A stretch of 64,000 nucleotides of DNA, taken from an uncultured Bacilli bacterium. Lineage in GTDB: Bacteria; Bacillota_I; Bacilli_A; RF39; UBA660. Every line of letters starts with the position of its first letter. Position 1 is the stretch's first letter. A program made the position numbers and the translations under genes. The notes beneath the pieces were generated by a model, which ran no database searches, was not told where the DNA came from, and saw only the letters and a program-made list of their open reading frames with translations. The stretch lies in assembly GCA_934149515.1 (NCBI GenBank), contig CAKPFD010000006.1, forward strand, positions 3,760 to 67,759, given 5' to 3'. Below are positions 1 through 10,665 of this stretch, piece after piece.

Positions 1-349
1 TAGTAATTAGTAACCGTTTCACTCTTGCTGTAATAACTAAAGGTTTTTTGACTGGTTCTTTCTTTACTTTTTCATGATAAAGATAAGCATAACATAAATA
101 AGTTAAGATTAAGAAAACGTTAAATATAGAAGAAAGTACTTTTTGCGTTGATAAGAAACTATCAGCTATTGCTACAATAATTAATAAAATTAACTCTGCT
201 GTAAAAAAGTTTTCTTCATGATTCATATACCAACGAAAATAACGATTGTTTTCATTATAAAGATTTTGTTGTAATAAATGTAAACTTTTCTTGGTCTTAA
301 ATGCTAATAAGATAGTAATAGTAAGTAATAATATAATTTTTATAAACAT
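1..349 (-). CDS. membrane protein, N-terminal part (gene runs off window start)
   Basis: Not in the ORF track. ATG at 347-349 (minus) lies 7 nt after GGAGGG. The frame is open to position 1. Translation MFIKIILLLTITILLAFKTKK... has hydrophobic segments. Confidence 0.45.
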   Translation of the reverse strand, partial: MFIKIILLLTITILLAFKTKKSLHLLQQNLYNENNRYFRWYMNHEENFFTAELILLIIVAIADSFLSTQKVLSSIFNVFLILTYLCYAYLYHEKVKKEPVKKPLVITARVKRLLIT

Positions 350-352
350 AAC

Positions 353-1075
353 TTATCCCTCCAAAAAACGAAATAAAATTTGTATCACTTGTGCTAGATT
401 TTCTAAATAAGCATAATGGGTACCAGGAAGTACAATCAAAGCTCCATCTTTTAATAATTTTTCTAATAGTTTTGCTTCTTCGATTGGTGCTTCTGTATCC
501 ATCTGTCCCCAAATAAGTAAAGTTGGTACTTTGATGTTTTTAGCACAGTCACTTAAGTCTTCATTGACAGTATTGACTAAGGTTTGACGCATAATAGGAC
601 TTGCTGCTTTATAATCACGAGATCCAATATAGTTTTTAGCTTTTTCAGCTAAAGCATTCATACCTGGTAATTTTTTGATGGATTTTAGTATTTTTTCTTT
701 TGGTGTTAAGCCTTGTTTGGTTCGAACACAAGGTGCCCCAAATAAAACGACTTTACTAACGTCATAGCAAGAGGCATAACTAATTGCAATTCTTCCTCCA
801 AAAGAGTGTCCAATGACTACGGGTTTTATAATGTGTAGTTTTTCTACTAATTCTCTTAGCATAGAAGTATAGTCTTGTATCGTCCAAGCTTTATCTGGTT
901 CCTTACTTTCTCCAAATCCAGGAAAGTCAATGATCGTCACACGATATTTACTAGAAAGTGGATCACCAAGTGGTGCCATCATGGCAATATTTTGACCCCA
1001 ACCATGTAATAAAATCACATCTTCTCCCTTACCATACTGTATGTAATGAACGGTTGTGTTGTGTACGTTTATCAA
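353..1075 (-). CDS. alpha/beta-fold hydrolase (esterase/lipase-like)
   Basis: HGWGQN oxyanion-type motif and GHSFGG nucleophile elbow; 240 aa. Confidence 0.8.
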   Translation of the reverse strand: MINVHNTTVHYIQYGKGEDVILLHGWGQNIAMMAPLGDPLSSKYRVTIIDFPGFGESKEPDKAWTIQDYTSMLRELVEKLHIIKPVVIGHSFGGRIAISYASCYDVSKVVLFGAPCVRTKQGLTPKEKILKSIKKLPGMNALAEKAKNYIGSRDYKAASPIMRQTLVNTVNEDLSDCAKNIKVPTLLIWGQMDTEAPIEEAKLLEKLLKDGALIVLPGTHYAYLENLAQVIQILFRFLEG

Positions 1076-1163
1076 GATTCATCCTCCTTTTTATCAAGTA
1101 TAGCATAAAAGCAAAAAAAGTGTTACAAACTGTACACTTTTTTATAGAAATTGACAAAATATT

Positions 1164-1928
1164 TTATCGTTTTTTGTAAAAAACTCCAGCGTAATGTCTT
1201 CCTTTTTTAGTTGTATCACCATGATAAGCGGCAAAGTTAGAATAGTAATTTGGATTGGTGATGGTATCGGCTGGATTGTATAAAATTTGATAAAAGTGAT
1301 ATGTCTTTAATTGTGCTTGAATTGCTTTTCTTAAATCGATACGATATTTATTCCCTTCTTGTTGTATGGCAGAAGTTCTTTCCCAAAAGTCATGATCTTG
1401 AATAAATTTTGGATAAGAATTATACACCCAATTATCAGAAGCACAAGCACTAACATAAACAAAAATATTTTCTTCTTTACTATCATAATCTTCTTTTAGT
1501 GCTTCTAATGTCATTTGTGGTAATTTAGAATCGACAAAACTAGCAGAACAATGAGCAGTAGCACTCACTCCATTTTTTAAATCGGACATAATAACAACCG
1601 CACAATCTGCAACTGGGTAACCAACAACAACATTTGGTGTTTTATCTGTCACAATTAAAATATCTGCTGGTATTTCTAAATTCCAGCCATCTTTTTCCTG
1701 GGCGATCATTTCTTTGGATAACTCTTGGTGTGATCCATTTCTTTGCTGTGTTGGCATATAAAACTTATTTTCATCAAAGCCATAAAAAGCAGCAGCTTTC
1801 TTTCTATTTTCTAAAAATAAATGTTCACATTCTTCTTTCGTTAGTTCATATTCTTTCGTAAAAAAATCTTTTTCTGCATTCATATTACCAAATCGTTTAC
1901 CAGTTTCAATGATCTGTAAATGTATCAT
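1164..1928 (-). CDS. hypothetical protein, possibly diverged YfiH/YlmD (DUF152) family
   Basis: VADCAVVIMSD...ATAHCSASF loosely resembles the ADC.PV...D...AHAGWRG core of DUF152. Weak. Confidence 0.35.
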   Translation of the reverse strand: MIHLQIIETGKRFGNMNAEKDFFTKEYELTKEECEHLFLENRKKAAAFYGFDENKFYMPTQQRNGSHQELSKEMIAQEKDGWNLEIPADILIVTDKTPNVVVGYPVADCAVVIMSDLKNGVSATAHCSASFVDSKLPQMTLEALKEDYDSKEENIFVYVSACASDNWVYNSYPKFIQDHDFWERTSAIQQEGNKYRIDLRKAIQAQLKTYHFYQILYNPADTITNPNYYSNFAAYHGDTTKKGRHYAGVFYKKR

Positions 1929-1980
1929 ATTAATTCCCCTTTTTAAAACTTATGAAGAGAAATTAAATACCATACATAAA

Positions 1981-2009
1981 AGTTGTCTAGCAAAACACAC
2001 TAGACAACT
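1981..2009 (-). terminator. hairpin downstream of polC
   Basis: Perfect 10-bp stem agttgtctag/ctagacaact with a 9-nt loop. Only a short T-run follows on the minus strand, so this is not a canonical terminator. Confidence 0.4.
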
Positions 2010-2126
2010 AAATCGTTTTATTTATCTTTTAAATCACATTCCCCCCCCGGGGGGATGAAACTGCTAATTATCACAAAATTCCAGCATTTTCCTACCGTGA
2101 TTTTCACATTTTTCCAGAATATCATT

Positions 2127-5100
2127 CTAAAATAAACTCAATTGGTTAGAATCTGGTAAATGGTTAATAATTCCCATCATGATCATTTTATCAATTAATG
2201 TCTTAGATACTTTGCCACGTTTTTGTAAATCTTCTTTACTAATAAATGGTTGTTTATTACGTTCTTCAATAATCGTTTTTGCAACGGTATCACCAAGACC
2301 ATCAATTGTTGAAAATGGTGGTATCAAAGCATTTTCTTTTTCATCATCAATGATAAAGCGTGTTGCATCACTTTTTTCAAGTGATATTGGACTGAAAGTA
2401 ATACCTCTTGCTGTTGCTTCCATGGCTACATGTAAAGAATCAATAATATTAACCTCTTTATTCGTTGCTTCATATCCTTTTGATAATAAATCATCATATC
2501 TAGCACGAATGGCTTGATATCCTTTGATCATTGTTTCAATATCAAAATCACTAACACGAATAGAAAAATAAGCAGCATAATAATTTTGTGGTTGATAAAC
2601 TTTAAACCAAGCAATTCGAAGTGCACTCATAACATAGGCACACGCATGTGCTTTCGGAAACATGTATTTAATTTTATGACAAGATTCAATATACCACTCT
2701 GGAATAGATGCAGCTTCCATTTTTTCACGCCACATCTTCCAAGTTTCCGGATCTTTACTAGCTTTTCCTTTACGCACAAACTCCATTATTTTAAATGAGT
2801 CTTTGGGAGCCATTCCCCAGTTCATTAAATTAACCATAATATCATCACGACATCCGATAACATCTTTAAAAGGAACGATATTATTTTTGATTAATTCACT
2901 AGCATTTCCAGCCCAGACATCAGTACCATGTGATAAACCTGATATTTTAACAAGTTCTGCAAAGGTACTAGGTTTTGTTTCTACTAACATTTGAATAACA
3001 AAACGCGTACCAAGTTCTGGCAAGCCAAGTGTTCCTGTCGGACATAATATGTCTTCTTCTTTAACGCCTAATGCTAAAGGAGAGGATAAGATAGAAAATA
3101 TTTTTTTATCATCCATTGGTAATGTTGTAATATCAATTCCAGATAAATCTTGTAACATTCTTAATACGGTCGGATCATCATGACCTAGTATATCAAGTTT
3201 TAACACATCTTGATCAATAGCATGGTAGTCAAAGTGAGTCGTTCGCCATAAAGAAGTATTATCATCTGCTGGATATTGGAACGGTGTAAAATCAAAGACA
3301 TCCATATAACCAGGAATAACAACAATACCACCAGGATGTTGACCAGTGGTTCTTTTAACACCTGTACACCCCAAAGCAAGTCGTTCTATTTCAGCATTTC
3401 TCTTACCTTCAATACCATGTTCTTCAAAATAGCCTTTCACAAATCCAAAGGCTGTTTTTTCTGCTACCGTACCAATCGTACCAGCTCGATAAACATTATC
3501 AACACCAAACAATACTTTCGTATATTCATGTGCTTTCCATTGATATTCCCCAGAGAAGTTCAAATCAATATCTGGAACTTTATCAGCATTAAAACCAAGA
3601 AAAGTAGCAAATGGCATATCTTGTCCTTCTTTTCCTAAAGGTTGACCACACTTTGGACAAATTTTATCTGGTAAATCATATCCTGAAGAATAATCTTTTC
3701 CATAGACTTGCCCATCTTCACTAATAAATTCACTATATTTACAATCTTTATTATGACATAAGTAATGTGCTGGTAATGGATTAACCTCTGTAATTCCCAT
3801 CATTGTCGCGACAAAGCTAGAACCAACAGAACCACGTGATCCAACGATATAACCATCATCATTAGAATGTTTAACAAGTTTTTGAGCAATCAGATAAATA
3901 ACATCAAAGCCTCCACCAATGACACCACCTAATTTCTTTGGTAATGTTTTTTCTATTTCTTCATCACTAATAGCACTCTCACTAAGTTTTAAATAGGAAC
4001 GAATCTCATCCTTCACAGCATCAAAACCTTTTAACAATACTTCATGTAAACGATGAAATAATTCTTTCTTGAAAACATCTTCACTTACATTTTCTAACTT
4101 TAATTTTCCTTCTATCGCTTCATAAATACCATCACCATATAATTCTTTACTAATACGTTCTTCAATATTAAAAGGAAGTGGATCACCATACCAATCACTT
4201 GCTCTTGTAAAGACAAGATCGGTAACGGTTTCAATACTATGATCAATTTTTGGTGAAAATGGAATACCACCAGTATCGATAATCACTTCAATATCTTCCG
4301 TCATATCTAAAATTTTATTTGGGTTTTCTACGATGATTTCATTTTGTAAATCTTTATCCAAGAAAAAGAAATCTTGAAACATTTCATTCGTTGTTCGAAA
4401 ATGATTAGAAGGGATCTCCGTAATATTGTTTCTAGCAAGGGGATGTCTTCCTCCACCTGGTACTTTTTGATTAACTATGATTTCTCGATAGATTTTATCT
4501 TCTCTAGTTAGGTGATGAACATCTCCTGTTGCCACAATGATCTTACCGGCTTCTTTGGTAGTTCGAATAATTTTCTCTAAATGGGCATAGAGTTCTTTTT
4601 CGTTTAAGAAATCACCAGTTTGAATCAAATGTTGATAACATTCTGGTGGTTGGACTTCTACATAATCATAAAAGCGAATAATGTTAGATAGTTCTTCTTC
4701 TGATTTGCTTTTTGCTTGTTGAAACACTTCACTTTCATAGCAACCACTACCAATTAATAATCCTTCTCTATATTGGTTAACAACACTTCTTGGAATCCTT
4801 GGCATTTTATATAAATAGGTTGTATTGGCATAACTAATCAATTTAAATAAGTTTTTAAGTCCCTTTTTATTTCGTGCCAAAATATTAATATGATGCGTAT
4901 TACCATATTTATACATTTCATCTGTAGCAACAATTTGAGAAAGTTGTTCCATCGTTTCAATGTTACGATTATCTAATTTTTCTAACATTTTATATAATAC
5001 TAACGCCGTTCCTTCCGCATCATAATCCCCACGATGGTGGGCAGATTCATCCCATGGGACATTATAACGTTTCACAAGGGCAGAAAGACCATGACGAGAA

Positions 5101-6725
5101 TAGTTATTATCAAGCGTTCTGGATAATTCAAGAGTATCAATCACTGGATTTTTAAATTCTCCTAAATGATATTTTTGATAAGCCATTTCCAAAAAAGATA
5201 CATCAAACTTCGCATTATGTGCAACCATTGGTAAATCACCAAACCACTCAATAAAGCGTTTGACAGCATTTTCTTCAGTATCTTTTCCCTCTAACATACT
5301 ATCTGTAATATTCGTAACAGCCGTTATCTTTGCAGGAAGTGGACGGGAAGGATTAATCAATTCATCATAACGCTCTAAAATCTCTCCACGACGCATTTTG
5401 ACAGCACCAATTTCAATAATGGAATCCAAACCACCAGCATTAAATCCAGTCGTTTCAAAGTCAAAAACAACATACGTTTCATCTAATAGTACATGATCAT
5501 TGGGACGAATAACAATATCTACTTCATCATCTACCATCACAAGCTCGGTTCCATAAATTGCTCGAAAAGGTTCTTGCCCTTCTTTTAAAGAACGATTATA
5601 ATCCCGTACAAAATTATAAACATGGGGAAACGCTTGACCACCATTATGATCTGTAATTGCAATACCACGATGTCCAAACGCAATAGCTTGTTTCAATAAG
5701 GAAATTTCATTGACAACCCCATCCATCTGACTCATCATCGTATGCGCATGTAATTCAACTCGTTTTGAGCTAACTGTATCTTCTAAAACATTTTTAGGTT
5801 TCTCTAATGGCATAATATCTCTAGCATTTAATACCAATTCTTTAGAGAAAGTATCATTTTTTACATAACCGCTAATCAAAAACCACTTACCAATTTTTAA
5901 AGCTTTACATAATCGTTGATACTCTTCATCTTCTCTTGCAAATACTTTACAGTAAATACTATCTGTTTCATCTGTTATTTTCAAAGTAATAATTTTAAAG
6001 GAAGTCTTACTAGATTCAAAATAATCAGCCCCAAAAACATATCCTTCAACCACAACATGATTATCTTCTCCTGCTATCATACTCATTTTAATTGGAGTAT
6101 CTTTAATTGTCTTACCAATAATACAATTTTCATCTGGTGCAATAGGTTTCTTTCTTTCATATGGTTTTTTCTCTTCTTTAATAACTTCTTTTGGTTTTGG
6201 TAAAACTGTTTCACTAACTTGTTCTAATTCTAAAGAAATTTCTTTTTGAATCGAATTATCTTCTTCTAAAGTAATCGGAATATAAGCATCATACCCAATC
6301 TTATGATAAAAGTCATTGACTTCTTTTTGAATTTTTTCTAATCTTACCTGCTCTAGTTTATGATTAGCTTTTAAGACAAGTTGATTATCTTTAATTACAA
6401 GGCTATCTTCAAAGACGGTTGTAATATGAATTTTATCTTCTTGTTGCAACTTTTGTAATAAAAATGAATAAAAGGAAAGTAAAGTTTCTAGCGATGGTTG
6501 TAATACATCATAATGAAAAGTTACTTCTTTGGCCAATTGATGTTTATTTTCTTCTATTTCTTGAATCACTTCAGGTGGTAAAAAAGAAGGTATAGAAAGT
6601 AAAACTAACCAATCCCCTTTTACGCGATGAATAATAATTTTTTCTAAATGAGCTTGTTCAAAATAAGGATAGTATTCATCTTGCAAATTAATTTTTTCTA
6701 ACAAACGTTTTACTTTTTCTTCCAT
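2127..6725 (-). CDS. polC: DNA polymerase III alpha subunit, PolC type
   Basis: 1532 aa. N-terminal domain, PHP (HAHTMMS), inserted DEDD exonuclease (FDFETTG, HNAKFD), pol core and C-terminal HhH region, in the typical Gram-positive PolC order. Confidence 0.97.
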   Translation of the reverse strand: MEEKVKRLLEKINLQDEYYPYFEQAHLEKIIIHRVKGDWLVLLSIPSFLPPEVIQEIEENKHQLAKEVTFHYDVLQPSLETLLSFYSFLLQKLQQEDKIHITTVFEDSLVIKDNQLVLKANHKLEQVRLEKIQKEVNDFYHKIGYDAYIPITLEEDNSIQKEISLELEQVSETVLPKPKEVIKEEKKPYERKKPIAPDENCIIGKTIKDTPIKMSMIAGEDNHVVVEGYVFGADYFESSKTSFKIITLKITDETDSIYCKVFAREDEEYQRLCKALKIGKWFLISGYVKNDTFSKELVLNARDIMPLEKPKNVLEDTVSSKRVELHAHTMMSQMDGVVNEISLLKQAIAFGHRGIAITDHNGGQAFPHVYNFVRDYNRSLKEGQEPFRAIYGTELVMVDDEVDIVIRPNDHVLLDETYVVFDFETTGFNAGGLDSIIEIGAVKMRRGEILERYDELINPSRPLPAKITAVTNITDSMLEGKDTEENAVKRFIEWFGDLPMVAHNAKFDVSFLEMAYQKYHLGEFKNPVIDTLELSRTLDNNYSRHGLSALVKRYNVPWDESAHHRGDYDAEGTALVLYKMLEKLDNRNIETMEQLSQIVATDEMYKYGNTHHINILARNKKGLKNLFKLISYANTTYLYKMPRIPRSVVNQYREGLLIGSGCYESEVFQQAKSKSEEELSNIIRFYDYVEVQPPECYQHLIQTGDFLNEKELYAHLEKIIRTTKEAGKIIVATGDVHHLTREDKIYREIIVNQKVPGGGRHPLARNNITEIPSNHFRTTNEMFQDFFFLDKDLQNEIIVENPNKILDMTEDIEVIIDTGGIPFSPKIDHSIETVTDLVFTRASDWYGDPLPFNIEERISKELYGDGIYEAIEGKLKLENVSEDVFKKELFHRLHEVLLKGFDAVKDEIRSYLKLSESAISDEEIEKTLPKKLGGVIGGGFDVIYLIAQKLVKHSNDDGYIVGSRGSVGSSFVATMMGITEVNPLPAHYLCHNKDCKYSEFISEDGQVYGKDYSSGYDLPDKICPKCGQPLGKEGQDMPFATFLGFNADKVPDIDLNFSGEYQWKAHEYTKVLFGVDNVYRAGTIGTVAEKTAFGFVKGYFEEHGIEGKRNAEIERLALGCTGVKRTTGQHPGGIVVIPGYMDVFDFTPFQYPADDNTSLWRTTHFDYHAIDQDVLKLDILGHDDPTVLRMLQDLSGIDITTLPMDDKKIFSILSSPLALGVKEEDILCPTGTLGLPELGTRFVIQMLVETKPSTFAELVKISGLSHGTDVWAGNASELIKNNIVPFKDVIGCRDDIMVNLMNWGMAPKDSFKIMEFVRKGKASKDPETWKMWREKMEAASIPEWYIESCHKIKYMFPKAHACAYVMSALRIAWFKVYQPQNYYAAYFSIRVSDFDIETMIKGYQAIRARYDDLLSKGYEATNKEVNIIDSLHVAMEATARGITFSPISLEKSDATRFIIDDEKENALIPPFSTIDGLGDTVAKTIIEERNKQPFISKEDLQKRGKVSKTLIDKMIMMGIINHLPDSNQLSLF

Positions 6726-6742
6726 GTCTTTACCTCCTAGTA

Positions 6743-7582
6743 TTAAATAATTTCTAATTCACTAATTTTAACAATATGTCGTTGATTCTTCACACAAAAA
6801 TCAATAAAGGAACACAAATCAAGTCCTGCTAATTGCCGTTCATATGTATATTTATCAACATCAAACAAAATCTTATCTCGCTTCATATAAGAAGAAAAAT
6901 CTTCTTTAGCAACACCTAAATACATCAACCAATAAGGGTAAATTTGTCGTTTTAAAAAACGTAAAGATTCATCACCTGTCAAATAAACACTTCTATTAAA
7001 AATACGCGTTGCAAGCTCATTATCAACAGCAAGTTCAATGACTGCTTGAACAATTTCTTGATAGTCTTGTTGATATAAAATCAATTCTTTTTGAACAACA
7101 TGACTTAAAATAGAAATGATCGCTTGTAAATAATTACCAATATCTTCTTGTCTTCCCCAAGTCATTGTATTTACTTTTCTTGTTTTTACAACTTTCATAT
7201 CCATTACTTCAAAATTCGGATTAATAACTAATATATGATATAGTTTAATATCAAAACGTAATATATTCTTAAAATCTTTGATAATTCGTTTTTTATATTC
7301 ATCCCAAGTAGTTAATAAACAACTACGATAAGCTTCTGTTTCTTGATAAATTTTTTGATAGCTAGGAGAAGCTTTTATCATATCAAATATAGTATCATCA
7401 TCTGGAATATAATTTTTTGGATCTTTTAAAATTTTAATTTCTTCTTTTTCTAATCGATGATAACTATGACGATAATTTTTCCACAAATTTTGTTTTAATT
7501 GTTGAATATCTTTTGTAATAGAGGGTAAGAACAAAAGATTCCACATCAATATATAATCATTTAAGACAAAATTTAAATTCAT
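6743..7582 (-). CDS. hypothetical protein
   Basis: Long ORF 18 nt downstream of polC. No motif recognised. Confidence 0.6.
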   Translation of the reverse strand: MNLNFVLNDYILMWNLLFLPSITKDIQQLKQNLWKNYRHSYHRLEKEEIKILKDPKNYIPDDDTIFDMIKASPSYQKIYQETEAYRSCLLTTWDEYKKRIIKDFKNILRFDIKLYHILVINPNFEVMDMKVVKTRKVNTMTWGRQEDIGNYLQAIISILSHVVQKELILYQQDYQEIVQAVIELAVDNELATRIFNRSVYLTGDESLRFLKRQIYPYWLMYLGVAKEDFSSYMKRDKILFDVDKYTYERQLAGLDLCSFIDFCVKNQRHIVKISELEII

Positions 7583-7659
7583 CTATTATCACGCTCCAAA
7601 CTCTTTTTCTATATATAATATATCATAAACCACAACAAGATAGGGGGAAAAAATAAAAT

Positions 7660-7686
7660 TTAAGTGAAAAAGAAAAAATCTAAGCA
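7660..7686 (-). terminator. intrinsic terminator after 7702..8556
   Basis: Stem atctaa/ttagat with loop gcaag, followed on the minus strand by a T-run (plus-strand A-run 7662-7667). Confidence 0.5.
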
Positions 7687-7701
7687 AGTTAGATCTTCTT
7701 T

Positions 7702-8556
7702 TTAAAAATTCATAACAACATAATAAACACCAATTCCTACGGCTACAATTAATAACAAGGAAAAAATAATTCGCAAGAAGATAACATAAAATGGTGTTTT
7801 ACTATCTTCTAGTTCATCTTCATCATCAAAGTCTTGATCACTTAAATCTAAAGATCTAGTATAGAAAGATTCATCAATATTTTTTACTAGATCATGCTTT
7901 TCTTCAGCTGAAGTTCCTTCTTTTGGTTCTATCTTAGAAGTTTCTTTTGTTTCTTGTATTGGTTCTACAGTTTCTTCTTCACTCGTTGTTGCCATTAAGT
8001 CACTTAACAAACTAGATTCCATTTTCTCATCTATTTCATCTTTTAGTTCTTTAGAAGTAATAGTATCAATTAAATCTTGTAATTCTTCTTCATTATCAAC
8101 CACTGGTTTTGCTTTTTTTTCTTTTTCCTCTTTAAATTTTGCTAGTTCTTCTTCGCTACTTTCTAGTATGTTATATTTCTCGTTATGTAATTTTCTTTTT
8201 TGTTCTAATTCGTCTTTATCTCGTGATTTTTTTGCTTCTTCTAAGACACGATTAATATCATACGTTTTCGGATTTTGTCGATATAAAAAATCAAATTCAT
8301 CTAATTCTTTTTGTTCTTGTTTTTTTTCATGAAATAAAGGATAATCTTTCATTTGATGATATCCTTCTCTTGTTCGATAGTTTCTTTTCGCAGTGCTTAA
8401 GTCGATCGCTTCTATTTTAGGAATATCTGTGAAAGTTGTATATTTCTCGAAAGTTCCAGTATCTTGATATAATTCTTGATTACGTTTTGTTCTCGTAATT
8501 GGTCTATTGGTTTCTTCAAAACTTTCATATTTTTGCATCCTACTCATACGCTTCAC
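7702..8556 (-). CDS. hypothetical acidic protein with C-terminal membrane anchor
   Basis: Glu/Asp/Lys-rich low-complexity body and a single C-terminal hydrophobic helix (FYVIFLRIIFSLLLIVAVGIGVYYVV). Confidence 0.6.
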   Translation of the reverse strand: MKRMSRMQKYESFEETNRPITRTKRNQELYQDTGTFEKYTTFTDIPKIEAIDLSTAKRNYRTREGYHQMKDYPLFHEKKQEQKELDEFDFLYRQNPKTYDINRVLEEAKKSRDKDELEQKRKLHNEKYNILESSEEELAKFKEEKEKKAKPVVDNEEELQDLIDTITSKELKDEIDEKMESSLLSDLMATTSEEETVEPIQETKETSKIEPKEGTSAEEKHDLVKNIDESFYTRSLDLSDQDFDDEDELEDSKTPFYVIFLRIIFSLLLIVAVGIGVYYVVMNF

Positions 8557-8651
8557 CTACTTATTATAATCATCATAACATAAAGATGTTAAAATTTAAA
8601 GTGGTCAACCAAAGAAAAATACGTTATAATGTCTAAAGGAGGCAACAAAAG

Positions 8652-8846
8652 ATGAAAGTAAAAGTAAATCAAGATGCTTGCATTGGTTGTGGTGCATGTG
8701 CTGCTATTTGTCCTGACCATTTTGAATTAAATGATGAAGGCTTAAGCGTTGTAACTGAAGAAACCATCACAAAAGAAAAAGAAGACGATGTTCGTGATGC
8801 TGTTGATTCTTGCCCAACTGGTGCTATTGAAATCACTGAAGAGTAA
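8652..8846 (+). CDS. 4Fe-4S ferredoxin
   Basis: 64 aa with CIGCGACAAICP ... CP motif. RBS AAGGAGG upstream. Confidence 0.9.
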   Translation: MKVKVNQDACIGCGACAAICPDHFELNDEGLSVVTEETITKEKEDDVRDAVDSCPTGAIEITEE

Positions 8847-8850
8847 AAAA

Positions 8851-8878
8851 ATGTTATTCAAAACGAATAGCATTTTTT
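8851..8878 (+). terminator. intrinsic terminator (bidirectional, ferredoxin / rluB-like)
   Basis: Stem atgttattc/gaatagcat (one G-U pair), T-run 8873-8878, and an A-run on the other side. Confidence 0.6.
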
Positions 8879-9587
8879 ATTTAAGAGCAAAAACTTTAGC
8901 AACCTCTTTTGGATTTAAAGCCCGGTATTGACCACTTTTTAACCCATCACAAGTAAAGAAAGCCACCCGTTGTCTTGTTAGTTTGCTAACATGGAAACCA
9001 ACTGCTTCAAACATTTTTTTAACTTGATGGTGTTTACCTTCATGAATCGTCATTTCTACAAAACAAGTAGAATGTTTTGGATCGACTTTTCTTAATTTTA
9101 TTCTTGCTGCTTTTACTTTTTGGTTATCAATTATAACACCTTTTTCTAAAGCATGAATAGCATCTGCTTTAATAATACCTTCTAATTTTGCAAGATATAC
9201 TTTTTCTATTTTAGCAGATGGATGCATCAAAATATTAGCAAAATCACCATCATTAGTTAATAACAAAACTCCAGTTGTATCAAAATCAAGACGACCTACC
9301 GGATAAATTCTTTCCGTACAAGGAATCAAATCAACCACTGTTTTACGATTTTTATCATCACTAGCACTCGTAATCACACCACGTGGCTTATTTAATAGAT
9401 AATATACTTTTCTTTCTTTAGCAATAAGAACATTATCGACTTCAATTTTATCATTAGAACTAACTTTATAACCAAGTTCATGAATAACATCACCATTTAC
9501 TTTTACTCTACCATCTAAAATCAGTGCTTCTGCTTTTCTTCTTGAAGTAATACCAGCTTGAGCAATGATCTTTTGTAATCTTTCCAA
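8877..9587 (-). CDS. RsuA/RluB-family pseudouridine synthase
   Basis: N-terminal S4 domain (AGITSRRKAEALILDGRVKVNG) and catalytic GRLDFDTTGVLLLTNDG motif. Confidence 0.88.
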   Translation of the reverse strand: MERLQKIIAQAGITSRRKAEALILDGRVKVNGDVIHELGYKVSSNDKIEVDNVLIAKERKVYYLLNKPRGVITSASDDKNRKTVVDLIPCTERIYPVGRLDFDTTGVLLLTNDGDFANILMHPSAKIEKVYLAKLEGIIKADAIHALEKGVIIDNQKVKAARIKLRKVDPKHSTCFVEMTIHEGKHHQVKKMFEAVGFHVSKLTRQRVAFFTCDGLKSGQYRALNPKEVAKVFALK

Positions 9588-9646
9588 CTAACTTCACCTC
9601 CCGCTTATTTTACCATAAAAAAGTAGCAAGCACAAATGTTTTAATC

Positions 9647-10297
9647 TTAATAGTTTGTAATAGTTACTTTATTGACATAACCATTAGAATCATAACTTAA
9701 TAACACTTCATATTGAGAAGTAGCATCAAATTGTTTTTTTAATGTCATAATTTCTTCTGCTTTAGAAGTAATGGTTGTACCGTAAACAACTGTAATTGAA
9801 TGATCCGTATACTTTTGAATATTTGTTATTACATAATCTAAAAGTTTTACAACATCAGAACCATCTTGCGTTCCAGTATAATCTTCTATATAAAAATTAA
9901 AATTACTAGCTTGTATTTTATTATATCCTTCATTAACACCATCAATGCTTTTATTGATAATATTCGTTGTTGCACCTTTTATATTGTTATCATCAACCTC
10001 TGCCTTTATTTTTAAAAACTGACTAAAAACAAAAATTACACCAACAAGTACCATGATAAAAATAATACCAACAAAAATCAAATAACCAATACCAAGTCCT
10101 TTAGCAATTTTTAACCCTTTTCTTCCCGCATTTTTCATTTTTTCTTGATTATCTTTATCAGATACATAATTTTTTGCACCTTGATAGGCATTATGTAAAT
10201 CGTTTTTGATTTCACCATTTAAAGTATTATCAACATGTTTTTCATCTTCTGGTACATACTTTTCATCAACACCTACGTATTGTCCATTATCTTTCAT
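9647..10297 (-). CDS. hypothetical single-pass membrane protein
   Basis: Central TM segment GIGYLIFVGIIFIMVLVGVIFVF. No recognised domain. Confidence 0.55.
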   Translation of the reverse strand: MKDNGQYVGVDEKYVPEDEKHVDNTLNGEIKNDLHNAYQGAKNYVSDKDNQEKMKNAGRKGLKIAKGLGIGYLIFVGIIFIMVLVGVIFVFSQFLKIKAEVDDNNIKGATTNIINKSIDGVNEGYNKIQASNFNFYIEDYTGTQDGSDVVKLLDYVITNIQKYTDHSITVVYGTTITSKAEEIMTLKKQFDATSQYEVLLSYDSNGYVNKVTITNY

Positions 10298-10309
10298 TTT
10301 GTTTTCCTC

Positions 10310-10642
10310 CTAATTAGTAACAACAGCAGTTCCAGTTGTTACTACCATTATCATTATTTCACTTCTTTCTCCAACCGTAATAGATTCAACATCAACGCTT
10401 ACTCCAACAAGTGCATTTGCACCAATCTTTTTAGCTCGTTCCATCATTTCACGAATAGCATCCGCTCTTGCAGCAACTAATTCTTCTTCATATTCACTTG
10501 CCCTACCACCAATAACATTAGTAATTCCAGCAGTAAAATCTTTCACAAAATCAGTTCCAACAATAACCTCACCAAACACAATTCCTCTATATTCTTTAAT
10601 CGTTATACCATCTAAAGATGATGTAGTAGATAATAGCATCAA
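10310..10642 (-). CDS. YbjQ/UPF0145 family protein
   Basis: 110 aa. Family-typical pattern ...GIVFGEVIVG...ITNVIGGRASEYE...AR..A...M...A...GANA. Confidence 0.8.
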   Translation of the reverse strand: MMLLSTTSSLDGITIKEYRGIVFGEVIVGTDFVKDFTAGITNVIGGRASEYEEELVAARADAIREMMERAKKIGANALVGVSVDVESITVGERSEIMIMVVTTGTAVVTN

Positions 10643-10665
10643 TCCCTCACCTCATTTCATATTAG

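Noticed and set aside
297-512. 71-aa minus-strand ORF overlapping the 3' end of the hydrolase gene
   Set aside because: It lies out of frame inside a well-supported hydrolase. The real downstream gene starts at 349 behind a GGAGGG RBS.
2179-6203. Plus-strand ORFs inside polC (2179..2517, 2514..2798, 2803..2994, 3276..3638, 5916..6203)
   Set aside because: They are antisense to a clearly intact, motif-rich polC. Their low-complexity translations are typical of AT-rich antisense frames.
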